This document shows, one piece after another, positions 1 to 9,831 of a stretch of 40,880 nt of DNA. The notes beneath the pieces are model-generated. The model saw only the letters and a list, made by a program, of their open reading frames with translations, did not search any database and was not told where the DNA came from. Position 1 is the first letter of the stretch. Each line of letters opens with the position of its first letter. Source of the stretch: a virus (Duplodnaviria > Caudoviricetes); IMG/VR virus record IMGVR_UViG_3300032303_000109, positions 1-40,880 of that record; one strand, written 5' to 3'. Both the position numbers and the translations under genes were made by a program.

Positions 1-398
1 CCCATGCCGCGAGACGATACGCCAAGTTTGACACCAGATTCAATAAGTCCTCTGGCAATATCTCCCATTGGTGTATGTGTGATAAGAGCCTTGCCTACAT
101 AACGTCCTGTACCAGAACCTTCTTTAACAAGAGATGTAATACGATGTGAAACTCTGTCTAGATTAATCTGTGGACCGTTAGGATGTCCTAATTCGCCCAT
201 CGCAGTATTATTCTCTACGGCTTCTTTCATATAACGAGCAACTTCTTTATCCATGATCTGCTCATTATACATACGTCCGTTTCTGTTAACTTCTCCGAAT
301 ACTAGAAAGGGACCAGAGATGTAAAGATTCTTACCGCCGTCTTCTTTGGCCTCTGTGATGTATTGAACATCTTCGAATGTTTCTGTAATAAGTTTCAT
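1..398 (-). CDS. gp21: T4-like prohead core scaffold/protease gp21 (3' end runs off window)
   Basis: Not in the ORF track; translated by hand from ATG at 398 (SD AGAGGG): MKLITETFEDVQYITE...LYISGPFLVFGEVNRNGRMY...AMGELGHP.GPQINLDRVSH...TPMG.IARGLIESGVKLGVSSRGMG. The GELGHP (catalytic His) and GVSSRG (catalytic Ser) motifs of gp21 are present. Confidence 0.96.
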   Translation of the reverse strand, partial: MKLITETFEDVQYITEAKEDGGKNLYISGPFLVFGEVNRNGRMYNEQIMDKEVARYMKEAVENNTAMGELGHPNGPQINLDRVSHRITSLVKEGSGTGRYVGKALITHTPMGDIARGLIESGVKLGVSSRGM

Positions 399-407
399 TT
401 TACCCTC

Positions 408-803
408 TTAGTTTTGGAAGTATACGGAGTTAGCGGTTAAATTGCCAATCTTTTGTAATTCTACCATTAAGAAACCAGTTGAGCCTGTTAGTTCTACTAC
501 GACTGTATTTGCTGTATCAATAGTAATAGCATTGCCGTTGCCTGCAAAATCAATATAACCAGTAGAATCTAATACAGCAACCACCGCAGCGCCTCTCTTA
601 ATAGTCCAGTATGCACTTGCGCCTGATGAAGAACCAAACCATGCCTGTGTAATAGTTGCGCCTGTTAGTATTTCGTTATCTATAGCGATTTCACTGACAG
701 CACTATCACCTGCAATAGTAATAGTGTCGTTTGCGGTGAAGTGTAATGTGGTTGAAAGATTCTTTCTATTAGAAATAACTTTTGTTGTTGCTGCTAAAGC
801 CAT
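408..803 (-). CDS. Hypothetical beta-rich protein immediately upstream of gp21 (probable head-associated structural protein)
   Basis: 131-aa ORF translationally coupled to the upstream ORF (TAATG-type junction at 803) and lying in the head operon. Confidence 0.75.
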   Translation of the reverse strand: MALAATTKVISNRKNLSTTLHFTANDTITIAGDSAVSEIAIDNEILTGATITQAWFGSSSGASAYWTIKRGAAVVAVLDSTGYIDFAGNGNAITIDTANTVVVELTGSTGFLMVELQKIGNLTANSVYFQN

Positions 804-1942
804 TATACACCTCTATTTTCAATTGCGAAATCTAATAGCTCAGTAACACCTTCTGGTGTTTCTACCTGTTCTAGCATTCTCATCTTATTATCTTCACTTA
901 GGCTTTCAAATAGATCGAGTAGTAGATAGATATGACTTTCTGAAAGATCAACAATCTTAGTTACTAGGCGCTCTTCCATTGTTAGTGGAGTTGGCATATC
1001 TGGTGTAATATACTTTTCAATAGTACGATTGATGATATCTTCCTTAGTAAGTTTGCTTACAGCACGGATTACACCAAGTGAACGTTTTGCAGACTTAGAA
1101 TCTTCTTTTTCACCGTTTTTATTTGGGTCTCTATCATCATCACTACCCACTAAAGACGTAGCATTCTTAAATCCACCTTTTGATGCAAGATTAGAAATAC
1201 TATTTTCCCGACTTGGATGTGTGGCTTTAATAACGTATGAACTTAATGTACCCTTCGAAAGTTCGTCGAGATCTTCGGCTTCTTCATTAGCAATTTTACG
1301 AACTGTGTTTTTACGATTGTAGTACTTACGAGCTGCATCAGCGTCAGAACCACTCTTTTTAAATAGGCCAGTTAGTTGCTTACCAGCTTTTTGAGCATAT
1401 GCATCTTTAGTCATAGCCGAGATCTCATCAAGCTCTTCAGCTTCTTCCTTGGTTAGCTTATTGACTGCTCTCTTAATTCCCTGTTCACGGTTATCAATCT
1501 TGCGCCATTGACGTTTTGGCTCGTTACCTTTTTCATATTCATGCCCAGCATCAACAGCATGGCCTGTTAAGTTTCTTGAACCTTTTGTGATATAATTAGA
1601 TAGTGTTTTGTTTGAAAGTTCGTCAAGATCTTCGGCTTCTTGTATTTCATATCTGTGACCTGGCTTAAGCTTCTTAGCTGTTACCATGTCCTTATAATGA
1701 CCGACCATTTTGCCGCTCTTATCATAAGCGCAAACAGATTCGTAGACCTTCTCGTCTTCGCCTACATCGTAGCCGTGACGTTCTTCTTTACGTTTGACAG
1801 TCTTAACGTTTGATCCGTTAAACACATCGTCGTCATTGCCGTTGCGATCTTTATGTTTAATCGTTACGTGCTTGTCAACGAACTTCTGTTCATCAGGTGA
1901 CTTTGGTTTATAAACCTCGAATAGTTCTTTAATCGTCTTCAT
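803..1942 (-). CDS. Putative internal head/prohead core polyprotein with repeated EAE(D/E)LDE(L/I)S modules
   Basis: 379 aa, highly charged. N-terminus MKTIKELFE resembles the T4 capsid-targeting sequence MKTYQEFIAE. Three LDE(L/I)S repeats match (I/L)xE gp21 cleavage sites. Lies between gp67 and gp21. Confidence 0.7.
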   Translation of the reverse strand: MKTIKELFEVYKPKSPDEQKFVDKHVTIKHKDRNGNDDDVFNGSNVKTVKRKEERHGYDVGEDEKVYESVCAYDKSGKMVGHYKDMVTAKKLKPGHRYEIQEAEDLDELSNKTLSNYITKGSRNLTGHAVDAGHEYEKGNEPKRQWRKIDNREQGIKRAVNKLTKEEAEELDEISAMTKDAYAQKAGKQLTGLFKKSGSDADAARKYYNRKNTVRKIANEEAEDLDELSKGTLSSYVIKATHPSRENSISNLASKGGFKNATSLVGSDDDRDPNKNGEKEDSKSAKRSLGVIRAVSKLTKEDIINRTIEKYITPDMPTPLTMEERLVTKIVDLSESHIYLLLDLFESLSEDNKMRMLEQVETPEGVTELLDFAIENRGV

Positions 1943-2240
1943 AAGAGTTATCCTCGTTACCTAGTTCTAAATCTTCCAAATCTATATCCAGATCGTCCAG
2001 GTCTAAATCATCGAGATCTAAATCTTCGACATCAGCGTCTTCATCATTATCTAGAAAATCATCGTCGTCGTCGAAATCTACATCATCTTCAGGACCAGCG
2101 TAAATACTCTGTGCAAGTTCGATTCTTTTATTTTCAAGAGCATCTACTGCTTTCTGACGAATAATTTGATCAAACATATCAGCGAAGTCAACAGGGTTCT
2201 TATCGATTGCAAGGCCGAGTAAATCAGTGGTATCTGGCAT
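1929..2240 (-). CDS. gp67: Prohead core protein gp67-like, with very acidic C-terminal tail
   Basis: Small ORF directly after the portal gene. Helical N-half (FADMFDQIIRQKAVDALENKRIELAQSIY) followed by a D/E-rich tail, as in gp67. Confidence 0.7.
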   Translation of the reverse strand: MPDTTDLLGLAIDKNPVDFADMFDQIIRQKAVDALENKRIELAQSIYAGPEDDVDFDDDDDFLDNDEDADVEDLDLDDLDLDDLDIDLEDLELGNEDNSYEDD

Positions 2241-2269
2241 AAAAATATCCTTTAATCAATTTAACTAAT

Positions 2270-2277
2270 TATTTATA
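2270..2277 (-). promoter_or_regulatory. T4 late promoter (TATAAATA) for the gp67-gp21 head operon
   Basis: Exact TATAAATA on the minus strand, about 30 nt upstream of the gp67 start. Confidence 0.85.
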
Positions 2278-2281
2278 AAAT

Positions 2282-3871
2282 TTATTTAACGGGGTTAGAC
2301 GGGTTAATTTGTGGAATATCAGTTTGTTCAGCATCAGTATTATCTTGTGCTGGTGTTTCTGCAGCATTCTCTTCACCGGAAACAGGCTGAGGATTATATT
2401 GTGGGTTGTTCTGTTCCTCTTGAATCTGCTTATCAATTTCTTCCATTTCGTTATCAGACTGGCGTAATACATGGCGGCGAATCCATTCATTTGAAAAGAA
2501 TTTGCCTGCGTAATCATCTACATCCCTAAGCATAGCAACTCGGTCACGTAAAATTTCAGTTTCTTTCAGTTCTGCATAATAGTTATCCTGAGAGAACTTA
2601 AAACCAATCTTCTCTCTAATCTCTTCCCATTCTTCAATGGTAATAATGCCTTTTAGAACTAATTGGCGCTCTAAAATTTTAGTGAATAATGCAGCAAACT
2701 TATTGCGAAGCCTTGTGATAAACTTACTAAACTTAACTTCATCCCTTGTAATTTCACTATTACGACCAAAGTTAAACTGTGTATTAGGATCAAGGCGGCT
2801 GATAGGTACATTAAGAGAAGCAAAAAGTTTTCTCTGAAAATACTCCACATCATCCATCTGTCCAAGGTTCTGACCACCAGGCAATGTAGTAATCTCTGTA
2901 CCCTTACCACCTTCACGGCGAGGCAACCAGAAATCTTCAAGCATTGTCATAAACTTACGGTCGTCGCGTATTTCTCCAGTTGCTGAATCGTATACTAGCT
3001 TGTTTTTAAACTTAGTCATAATATCACGTAGGTACTGTTCGGCCTTCATCTTAGGCAAGTTACCCACATCGATATAGAAAATACGTCTTTCAGGCGCACG
3101 GGAAATGCGATATATAACCAGAGAGTCTTCCATAGAACGTAACTGGTTAAGAGGTTTAATAGCTTTATGTAAGTAAGATTGTACTAGATCGCCATTAAGA
3201 GATGTTAACCCAGAAGTACAATGAATAATAGAATCTTTAGCAATTTTAAGACCGCCGATAGTATTGGTAGGTATTGAAGAATTACCTGCCGTCTTAGCAA
3301 AGCCTTTATCATTATAGATATAGTATTCACTGCCAGTTTGATTTAAAGCTACTTGATTAATAGTTTTCTTTTTCTTAACTTCTCGTAACTTACGGATCTT
3401 TCTAGGATCAATATAACGCAGTTCTACGATGCCGTTTTTAGGATTCTGTTCATCTATAATAGCATGGTAATAAAGACGACCATCTACATACCAACGTCTA
3501 AATATTTCGTAAGAGATCTGATTAAATTCTAATAGTTGTAGAGTACCTTCAAACTCAGTAATAAAAAGTTTTTTAATTTTATCAGGGATATCTATATCAT
3601 CTAATATTAACTCAACAACCTTCGTATCCGGCTCTTGTACAATTACTTCATTTACAATATCTTCAATCGCAGCATCTACTTCTGGATGCATAGACATCTC
3701 ACGGTACTTATTGACTAGCTCTGCTTCTGTTCTAATAGAACCATCTAGATCAACATAGGTACCGTACGCGCCGCCTTCAGCTACAACTGCCGCCCCGTCA
3801 TCCGTTTGCCTAGATGCAAAGGAGACGGGTTCTGGTCTAGATCTTTTAATTTCAAAGCCGAATAAATCCAT
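2282..3871 (-). CDS. gp20: Portal vertex protein gp20
   Basis: Motifs MDLFGFEI, FRRWYVDGR, YLHKAIKPLNQLRSMEDSLVIYRISRAPERRIFYIDVGNLPK, MLEDFWLPRREGGKGTEITTLPGGQNLG. Confidence 0.98.
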   Translation of the reverse strand: MDLFGFEIKRSRPEPVSFASRQTDDGAAVVAEGGAYGTYVDLDGSIRTEAELVNKYREMSMHPEVDAAIEDIVNEVIVQEPDTKVVELILDDIDIPDKIKKLFITEFEGTLQLLEFNQISYEIFRRWYVDGRLYYHAIIDEQNPKNGIVELRYIDPRKIRKLREVKKKKTINQVALNQTGSEYYIYNDKGFAKTAGNSSIPTNTIGGLKIAKDSIIHCTSGLTSLNGDLVQSYLHKAIKPLNQLRSMEDSLVIYRISRAPERRIFYIDVGNLPKMKAEQYLRDIMTKFKNKLVYDSATGEIRDDRKFMTMLEDFWLPRREGGKGTEITTLPGGQNLGQMDDVEYFQRKLFASLNVPISRLDPNTQFNFGRNSEITRDEVKFSKFITRLRNKFAALFTKILERQLVLKGIITIEEWEEIREKIGFKFSQDNYYAELKETEILRDRVAMLRDVDDYAGKFFSNEWIRRHVLRQSDNEMEEIDKQIQEEQNNPQYNPQPVSGEENAAETPAQDNTDAEQTDIPQINPSNPVK

Positions 3872-3901
3872 TAATATAGTATCCTTAAGATTTCAATTCA
3901 A

Positions 3902-4465
3902 TTATTTAATTTCTACAATTGAAGATCCAGAAACAGGTTGAATAGTATACCAATCATAAGAAAACGTAACATCGAATGTTTCTATCTGATTTGTTGCATC
4001 CCAATTAAGATTGATAGCAGAAATATCTACTGGAAATAAATTGTGCAATTGGTAAACACGAATTGGAGTATCTGCATTAGATTTGCCATATTGCTTTACA
4101 CGTGCAGAAGGCGACTTGTAATTTCTTGGTGCTGCAGATCCAGTTGTATTAACATTACCCTCTAAGGAGTTGATAAAATTGTGCCAACGTTCCATATATT
4201 GACGCACCTGGAAATCTTCGTCATTAAGAATACTAACAGACCATGTCTCAAATGTACGATCACCTGCAAGTTTAATCTTACGACCAAAATAAGGTACTTC
4301 GATAGGTGTAATCGTTGAAGAAGGTATAGTTGTTGCTTGTGCCATAAAAGGCACAATATCCCTTAGCCCTGGATCAAAAGGACTAGTAATCTCCACCTGG
4401 AAGAGGGTAGGGCGAGCCCCTCCCCCCTTTAGGTTTGTGATCATATCGTTAATTTTAAAAGGCAT
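3902..4465 (-). CDS. gp19: Tail tube protein gp19
   Basis: Motifs GGGARPTLFQV, PYFGRKIKLAGDRTFETWSV, NDEDF, FPVDISAI.L.WD, IETFDVTFSYDW. Confidence 0.96.
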   Translation of the reverse strand: MPFKINDMITNLKGGGARPTLFQVEITSPFDPGLRDIVPFMAQATTIPSSTITPIEVPYFGRKIKLAGDRTFETWSVSILNDEDFQVRQYMERWHNFINSLEGNVNTTGSAAPRNYKSPSARVKQYGKSNADTPIRVYQLHNLFPVDISAINLNWDATNQIETFDVTFSYDWYTIQPVSGSSIVEIK

Positions 4466-4489
4466 TGTATCGTCTCCTAATCTATATCT

Positions 4490-4497
4490 TATTTATT
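4490..4497 (-). promoter_or_regulatory. Probable late promoter variant (AATAAATA) upstream of gp19
   Basis: One mismatch to TATAAATA, in the short gp18-gp19 gap, followed by SD AGGAG. Confidence 0.55.
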
Positions 4498-4499
4498 GT

Positions 4500-6629
4500 T
4501 TAGCCAGCGATCTCGGTGAATTCAACTCCGGTTCTAACGGCAACAAAGTTGAGCTGAATATAGTTAATAGATCTGGCTGGTTTGATATAAATGTCGCCAA
4601 CAAATCTATTGGAGTCGATAATTTGCGATGTATTATTAGTTTCGTTGCAAACCACCTTGAAGTCGTAAATGCCACGACGACCCTGTACGTCACGTAGGAA
4701 TGGCTCTACAAGATTGCGGAACTGCGTACGTGTAAATTCGTCATTGAATTCAAACAGTAGTGATTGTGCTGCCTGAGAAATTGTCTTTTCTAGAACAATG
4801 AACAGACGGCGAACGTTAATACGATCGAATGCACTAGGCTTGGCTAGTAGTGTCTTATCACCATATAGAATTGTTCCCTGACCTGGGAACGTTACTACTG
4901 GATTAATGCTGTTCTTGTAAATAAGATCTCTTTCACCCTTTGAAGGATTGAAAGCGAGCTTAATAACATTCTTAATTTGACCACGAGTTGAACCTGCTGG
5001 AGAGTACCATGGATCGCGTGTTTCGTCTGTACGTACACAGGTACCTGCGATGTCTCCGTTTAGCGGAATCCAACGGTAAACATCATTGTACTTATCGTAC
5101 TGATATTTATATCCGGAATCTAGTACAGCATATGAAGAAGATCTTGTTGCATTTCTAAATGCTACAACACTGGCTGCTGCATCGGGACCCTTATTAACAA
5201 CACTTTCTAATGTAGGCGAAGCAAAGATTACGCAATCCTTACGAACTTCTCCGATATTATCGATTAGATAGTTAACAAGTTGTGTACCGTTTGCACCATC
5301 GTCTTTTCTAGATTTTCCTGCAATAACAAGTCCGACGTCTACATCTGCAGAAGATACGAATAAATCATATGCGAGAGCTAGATCCGCAAATTTTGCATCT
5401 ACCTCTGATACATCTACACCACCGGTAAATGATGTTGAGAGCGGAGCAGTTTCTGTAGAAGATGCGATCCCTAAAGCAGTATTTGATTTAGCATTAGTTC
5501 TGTCTGCACCAACCCAAATATACTTAGAGTTGTTGTCGATTACTGTTCTATAGTAATTCGAGCTTCCATCTTCTAGCTTAGCATCTGTTGCGCGGGATAC
5601 GTTCTGATATACTTCAAGAACAGTACCAGGTGTTCCAGAGAATCTGCCATCTTCATCAACAACTACGACATGAAGTTCGTCGAGCTGTGCTGTTGTTGGG
5701 TTTGTAATTTGGCTTGCTGTATTCCCGTATGTTTCCACATAAACTGAACGACCAGGAGCACTATTAACTTGAGTTGAATACTCCCAATAACGTACTAGGT
5801 CTTTCTTTGTAATGATATCTGAAGACATTTTTAGTGGCTGATCTAATTTAACATTAAACCATGCTACGCCAGTATTACCACCGGCTGCGTTTGTCTGTAG
5901 TGTAATATCTCCAGTATTAATAATCTTAAGTGATTGCGCTTTAGAGCCCACGTTTACTGTAAGATAATTGCCTGTGGAGAATAGAGCTTTAACAGCAGTT
6001 GCTTCGGTAATAGCAGTGATACCTGCAAAAGAAGCATTTGCTCCGTTAAGAACAACATTAGCAACTGTAGAACCTACGCTAAGACTAAACGCGGTTGCAT
6101 TATTAGAGAATTTACCATTCGCAGCGGTGCCGCCTTGTATATCAATTACATAGCTATATTGATCAGGATGATCACAAACAGAAACCTTTAATGAGTTTCC
6201 GATATCTCCTGGCCAACGTGCCAAATAATTGGTATTGCTTGCTTTGATGTTAGCAATCTTACCAGCGTAATCGTCTTCGTTAAGAATAGTTGATGTTGTA
6301 TTAGCAGTTCCGCCTGCAACAGCAGCAAACTGAGAGTTTGTTTGTGCTGCACGAGCAACATATAGTGCATTCGAATAGCTGAGGAAGTTTGCAGCAGTGA
6401 AAAATGTTTCTGGGTTGATTTCTGTTGGCTTACCAAACTGTGCAACTAGATCTGCTTCAGATGTTACTAGTTTGCGCTGCCCTACAGGTCCCCAACGAAA
6501 AACCCCTGCAATAGCACCTACAGTTGTAGCAACTGCTGGTGTAATTGTAGTAAGGTCGATTTCTGATACATTAACACCAGGGCTTAGTTGGAATCCTCCA
6601 CCTCCGGTTCCAAAATTTTGAACGGCCAT
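4500..6629 (-). CDS. gp18: Tail sheath protein gp18
   Basis: Motifs LSPGVNVSEIDLT, F.WGPVG, FTAANFL.Y, YQYDKYNDVYRWIPLNGDIAG, PW.SPAG, GDKT, FDRINVRRLF, FEFNDEFTR, YIKPARSINYIQLNFVA. Confidence 0.98.
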   Translation of the reverse strand: MAVQNFGTGGGGFQLSPGVNVSEIDLTTITPAVATTVGAIAGVFRWGPVGQRKLVTSEADLVAQFGKPTEINPETFFTAANFLSYSNALYVARAAQTNSQFAAVAGGTANTTSTILNEDDYAGKIANIKASNTNYLARWPGDIGNSLKVSVCDHPDQYSYVIDIQGGTAANGKFSNNATAFSLSVGSTVANVVLNGANASFAGITAITEATAVKALFSTGNYLTVNVGSKAQSLKIINTGDITLQTNAAGGNTGVAWFNVKLDQPLKMSSDIITKKDLVRYWEYSTQVNSAPGRSVYVETYGNTASQITNPTTAQLDELHVVVVDEDGRFSGTPGTVLEVYQNVSRATDAKLEDGSSNYYRTVIDNNSKYIWVGADRTNAKSNTALGIASSTETAPLSTSFTGGVDVSEVDAKFADLALAYDLFVSSADVDVGLVIAGKSRKDDGANGTQLVNYLIDNIGEVRKDCVIFASPTLESVVNKGPDAAASVVAFRNATRSSSYAVLDSGYKYQYDKYNDVYRWIPLNGDIAGTCVRTDETRDPWYSPAGSTRGQIKNVIKLAFNPSKGERDLIYKNSINPVVTFPGQGTILYGDKTLLAKPSAFDRINVRRLFIVLEKTISQAAQSLLFEFNDEFTRTQFRNLVEPFLRDVQGRRGIYDFKVVCNETNNTSQIIDSNRFVGDIYIKPARSINYIQLNFVAVRTGVEFTEIAG

Positions 6630-6676
6630 TTAGCTCTCCTTTAAACAGGGTTTTAATTGATGAGTATGTCTGTTGA

Positions 6677-6684
6677 TATTTATA
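6677..6684 (-). promoter_or_regulatory. T4 late promoter (TATAAATA) for gp18
   Basis: Exact motif in the gp17-gp18 intergenic region; SD AAGGAGAG precedes the gp18 ATG. Confidence 0.85.
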
Positions 6685-6695
6685 AAAACTAAAGA

Positions 6696-8360
6696 TTAGA
6701 AGAAACTGTATTCTTTATTGGGTGTTTCTGTAAGATCTATCACATTAGGTATTTCTTCTGGATCATGAATACGTCCATCATCTACAAAAAAAGTAAATAC
6801 ATCATTTTCAAGATCTTCGTCTGTTCTAGCTCTTAATTTCTGTAGTGTATTGATATTAGTTAGATCTTTAAAATATTGCTGATCCGACATCCATGCAAAT
6901 AATACTAAAGCCATTACTAAGTCATCATTACAACCAGATTCAGCTTCATATGATGTACCTTTCTTAGAGAATCTAGATAATTCATATATTGTTTGATGGT
7001 CGTTGATGATAAGTTGACGTTGTTCTATAAGTAGTTTCAGCATGGAGCAACCCACACCTTTAACTGTTTTTGTAGTTCGAACCCCACGTTCGACAGATCT
7101 GCCAGAGAATCCTGCTGAAATAGTTTTACCCCTGGCACCAGAGTTTTCTGTATAGATTATGTTATCATATTCATAATCAAAATGTAAAGAGTCTACAACC
7201 TGTGCGCCTACATCATTTACTTCAACAAGGATAGCAGCTTGATTATACGCTTTTGCTAATCTGTGTAGTGTACCGGCATAGTCTAGAGGAGTCTCTAGAT
7301 TGCTTCTAAATACACACACTTGATTATATGGCATTTGTGTTACGTCTATAACTTGAAACGCAGAATAATCTAGACCTTTTCCTCTTGACACATCTGCAGA
7401 AATAGCGTATTGTTTACCAATTACTGGCTCTTCGTAAATAGTTAAACCTTCGCGTTCATTGATAGATACTTTAGCAACAAGTGTCTTAAGAACTGCACCA
7501 GAGATAAGAGTTCCAGAAGAACCTAGCCAAGCACATTCGAATTCCTGTGAAAACTTCTCGTGGTCGAAGTCCATTGCAGCAAGTGTTTCCTGACGCCACG
7601 TTTCATCACGACCTGGTACTCTCTGCCAAGGTACCTCTACGTATTCATAACCATTCCATTCACTAGTTTCTCCTTCAGTCGAAGTTCTTTCAGCCTGAGC
7701 CCCTTTACAAGTCTTATAGAAATGGTTTAGACCATTAGGCGTAGACGTAAATAGAATCTTTGTTTTCTTACCTGAAGCAATAGTAGGAAACACAGACGCA
7801 AAGAACTCGTCCCAATTTTCAACGAACGCAGCTTCGTCGATGTATAGTAACGCAACTGATTTGCCTCGAATAGTACCTGAACCAGTTGCCGCTGCTAACA
7901 CCTTACAGCCATTCTCTAGTTCAATGTTACCCTTGTTCCATTCTACAACACCTTGTTGCATCCAGTCTGGTAGGGATTCATAAGATAACTGAATACGGTC
8001 TAGGATTTCTCTAGCAGCATCACCTTTGTTAGCTAACAAGGCGACTGTTTTATGTTTATTAAAAAGAATATAATGTAGAATAACAGCGGCCGCAGTAGTT
8101 GTCTTACCTGCCTGTCTAGACGTGCATACAGTAACTCGTCTGTTATTTGTTATCTTAGTGATAATTTCTTTTTGGTAATCGTATAGTCGAATAGGGATAA
8201 GTCCATCATCAACATGTACAATCTTAATGTATTTTTCAGCAAAATAAATCGGATCGCGCTTACATTTACGCATCTCCAGTATTTGCTCTGTAGTCCAAGA
8301 GAGCTCTTTACGAGCCTTCTTGAGAAGCGGATTTCCGTTGTAGCCCTTGACAAAATTCAT
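6696..8360 (-). CDS. gp17: Terminase large subunit gp17
   Basis: YNGNPLLK, adenine-binding LYDYQ, Walker A SRQAGKTT, Walker B LLYIDEAAF, motif III STPNG, nuclease D(V)SRGKGLDYS and DDLVMAL. Confidence 0.98.
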   Translation of the reverse strand: MNFVKGYNGNPLLKKARKELSWTTEQILEMRKCKRDPIYFAEKYIKIVHVDDGLIPIRLYDYQKEIITKITNNRRVTVCTSRQAGKTTTAAAVILHYILFNKHKTVALLANKGDAAREILDRIQLSYESLPDWMQQGVVEWNKGNIELENGCKVLAAATGSGTIRGKSVALLYIDEAAFVENWDEFFASVFPTIASGKKTKILFTSTPNGLNHFYKTCKGAQAERTSTEGETSEWNGYEYVEVPWQRVPGRDETWRQETLAAMDFDHEKFSQEFECAWLGSSGTLISGAVLKTLVAKVSINEREGLTIYEEPVIGKQYAISADVSRGKGLDYSAFQVIDVTQMPYNQVCVFRSNLETPLDYAGTLHRLAKAYNQAAILVEVNDVGAQVVDSLHFDYEYDNIIYTENSGARGKTISAGFSGRSVERGVRTTKTVKGVGCSMLKLLIEQRQLIINDHQTIYELSRFSKKGTSYEAESGCNDDLVMALVLFAWMSDQQYFKDLTNINTLQKLRARTDEDLENDVFTFFVDDGRIHDPEEIPNVIDLTETPNKEYSFF

Positions 8361-8773
8361 TCTTCGTCTTCGTCTTCTTCTGTGCCATCAAGCTGATCTA
8401 ACATCTTTTGCAGATCTGCTGTAGAGCCTACAAAAAGATTATTATTAACTACTTTTTGGTCTACTGGCTTACCTACTAATCTTTGTTTCTTAATCTGTAG
8501 ATCTGCTAGTCCGATACTAATATCTGCCATAGTTTTGATAGCACTGTTAAGTACTTCATATGCCTTTGGATGCTGTGACTGTTGAGCTATAGTAATCATG
8601 TCTTGAACAGCTTGCTTGCTCATGTCAAGAGCATCATATAAACCGTCCCTAGCATTTTCTACATCATTATCCGCCTGTTCATTAGAAGTTGATACGGAAG
8701 GTAATGTGTTTTCTTCTTGATATACTGTGGGTACTGTTCTCAGGCCTAAAGCATTATCTATTTGTTTTGTCAT
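8357..8773 (-). CDS. gp16: Terminase small subunit gp16
   Basis: HPKAYEVL and NNNLFVGSTADLQKML motifs; overlaps the gp17 start. Confidence 0.93.
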   Translation of the reverse strand: MTKQIDNALGLRTVPTVYQEENTLPSVSTSNEQADNDVENARDGLYDALDMSKQAVQDMITIAQQSQHPKAYEVLNSAIKTMADISIGLADLQIKKQRLVGKPVDQKVVNNNLFVGSTADLQKMLDQLDGTEEDEDEE

Positions 8774-9831
8774 AAATCATCTATAAAATTAACTATGATG
8801 CCATAGTTATTAGTTGAGTATATATTTGCTACAGGAACCGACAGTGCAGGTATAATACTTACATTTGATATTGTTGCTGAAGCTCGAGAATTAGCACCTG
8901 TTATTACATCATTTACTTTAATATTCCCTACAATACGTCTCGCACTAACAACGGTACTATTGCTTGTTGCTAGATAGGCATAATTATTTCCATTAACATA
9001 TACTTTTTCTAATATATTAAAATTGCCGGATAGATTGCTTAATCTATACTGATACAGATGTGTTGATTGTGATGTAGCTTGTCCATTAGCATACATACCC
9101 GGACGAATATTAACTGAAGCTATAGCGTCTGTATTAGTACTATTAGCAATCTCTATTCTAGTGGCTGTAGGAACTGATATAAAGTTTAGATCTATATTTT
9201 TAATAATGCCACTTAGAGCAGTATGAGTAGGACCAAAGAAATACGCTTTCATAGTAAAAGTGAGTGTCCAGATAATAGCACGTCGATTTATGAAGTCCCC
9301 TTCATAGGTATCATCGTGAGTAATACTATCTAATGTAATAGGAATATCGTATTTCTGATCTAATTCCGTATTTAAATTAAGTGTAGCAGTCCAAGTTGGA
9401 GTAAAATAAGGTAGTATCTGCTCTACAATAAACGTACCATCTTCTACATTCTTTGTCATAATAGACAGAGTGAATTGTATGTTATAAGGTACAGGCTGAT
9501 ATTGATAACGCCGACCTTCTGGATGCTCTTGAGAAGGTCCTGTTATTTTATTAAGTGCTGGCAATTTACGTGTAGAGTCATATGCCATACCAGACATTTC
9601 AAAAGACATACGAGGCAACTGTGTTGCTATCTGTCTATTTAAATCTGGATTACCGTCTAGACGTGCTAAGAACTTTTCTCGAGGACCATAGTTAAGAGGT
9701 ACCTTCATGTTTTGAATCTGTGTACCGTTAGCATCGTAACGTGTCAACCATAGATTGTTGAACAAGGTACCAAAGTAAATAACGTATTTTCTAAGAGTTC
9801 CATGACTGAATGTGTTAGAGCCCACAAACAT
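8770..9831 (-). CDS. gp15: Tail sheath stabiliser/terminator gp15 with C-terminal extension
   Basis: Motifs TLRKYVIYFGTLFNN, KVPLNYGPREKFLARL, LPRMSFE, PVPYNI, QIL(PY)F.P, YEGDF..RR.IIWTL.FT.KAYFFGP. Confidence 0.95.
   Translation of the reverse strand: MFVGSNTFSHGTLRKYVIYFGTLFNNLWLTRYDANGTQIQNMKVPLNYGPREKFLARLDGNPDLNRQIATQLPRMSFEMSGMAYDSTRKLPALNKITGPSQEHPEGRRYQYQPVPYNIQFTLSIMTKNVEDGTFIVEQILPYFTPTWTATLNLNTELDQKYDIPITLDSITHDDTYEGDFINRRAIIWTLTFTMKAYFFGPTHTALSGIIKNIDLNFISVPTATRIEIANSTNTDAIASVNIRPGMYANGQATSQSTHLYQYRLSNLSGNFNILEKVYVNGNNYAYLATSNSTVVSARRIVGNIKVNDVITGANSRASATISNVSIIPALSVPVANIYSTNNYGIIVNFIDDL

Noticed and set aside
4403-4428. GC-rich hairpin-like sequence as a terminator
   Set aside because: It encodes the conserved GGGARPTL motif of gp19 and lies inside the CDS.
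6696-8360. Intein, intron or homing endonuclease in terminase, portal or sheath
   Set aside because: ORFs are continuous with ordinary lengths, and no splicing or HNH/GIY-YIG motifs were seen.
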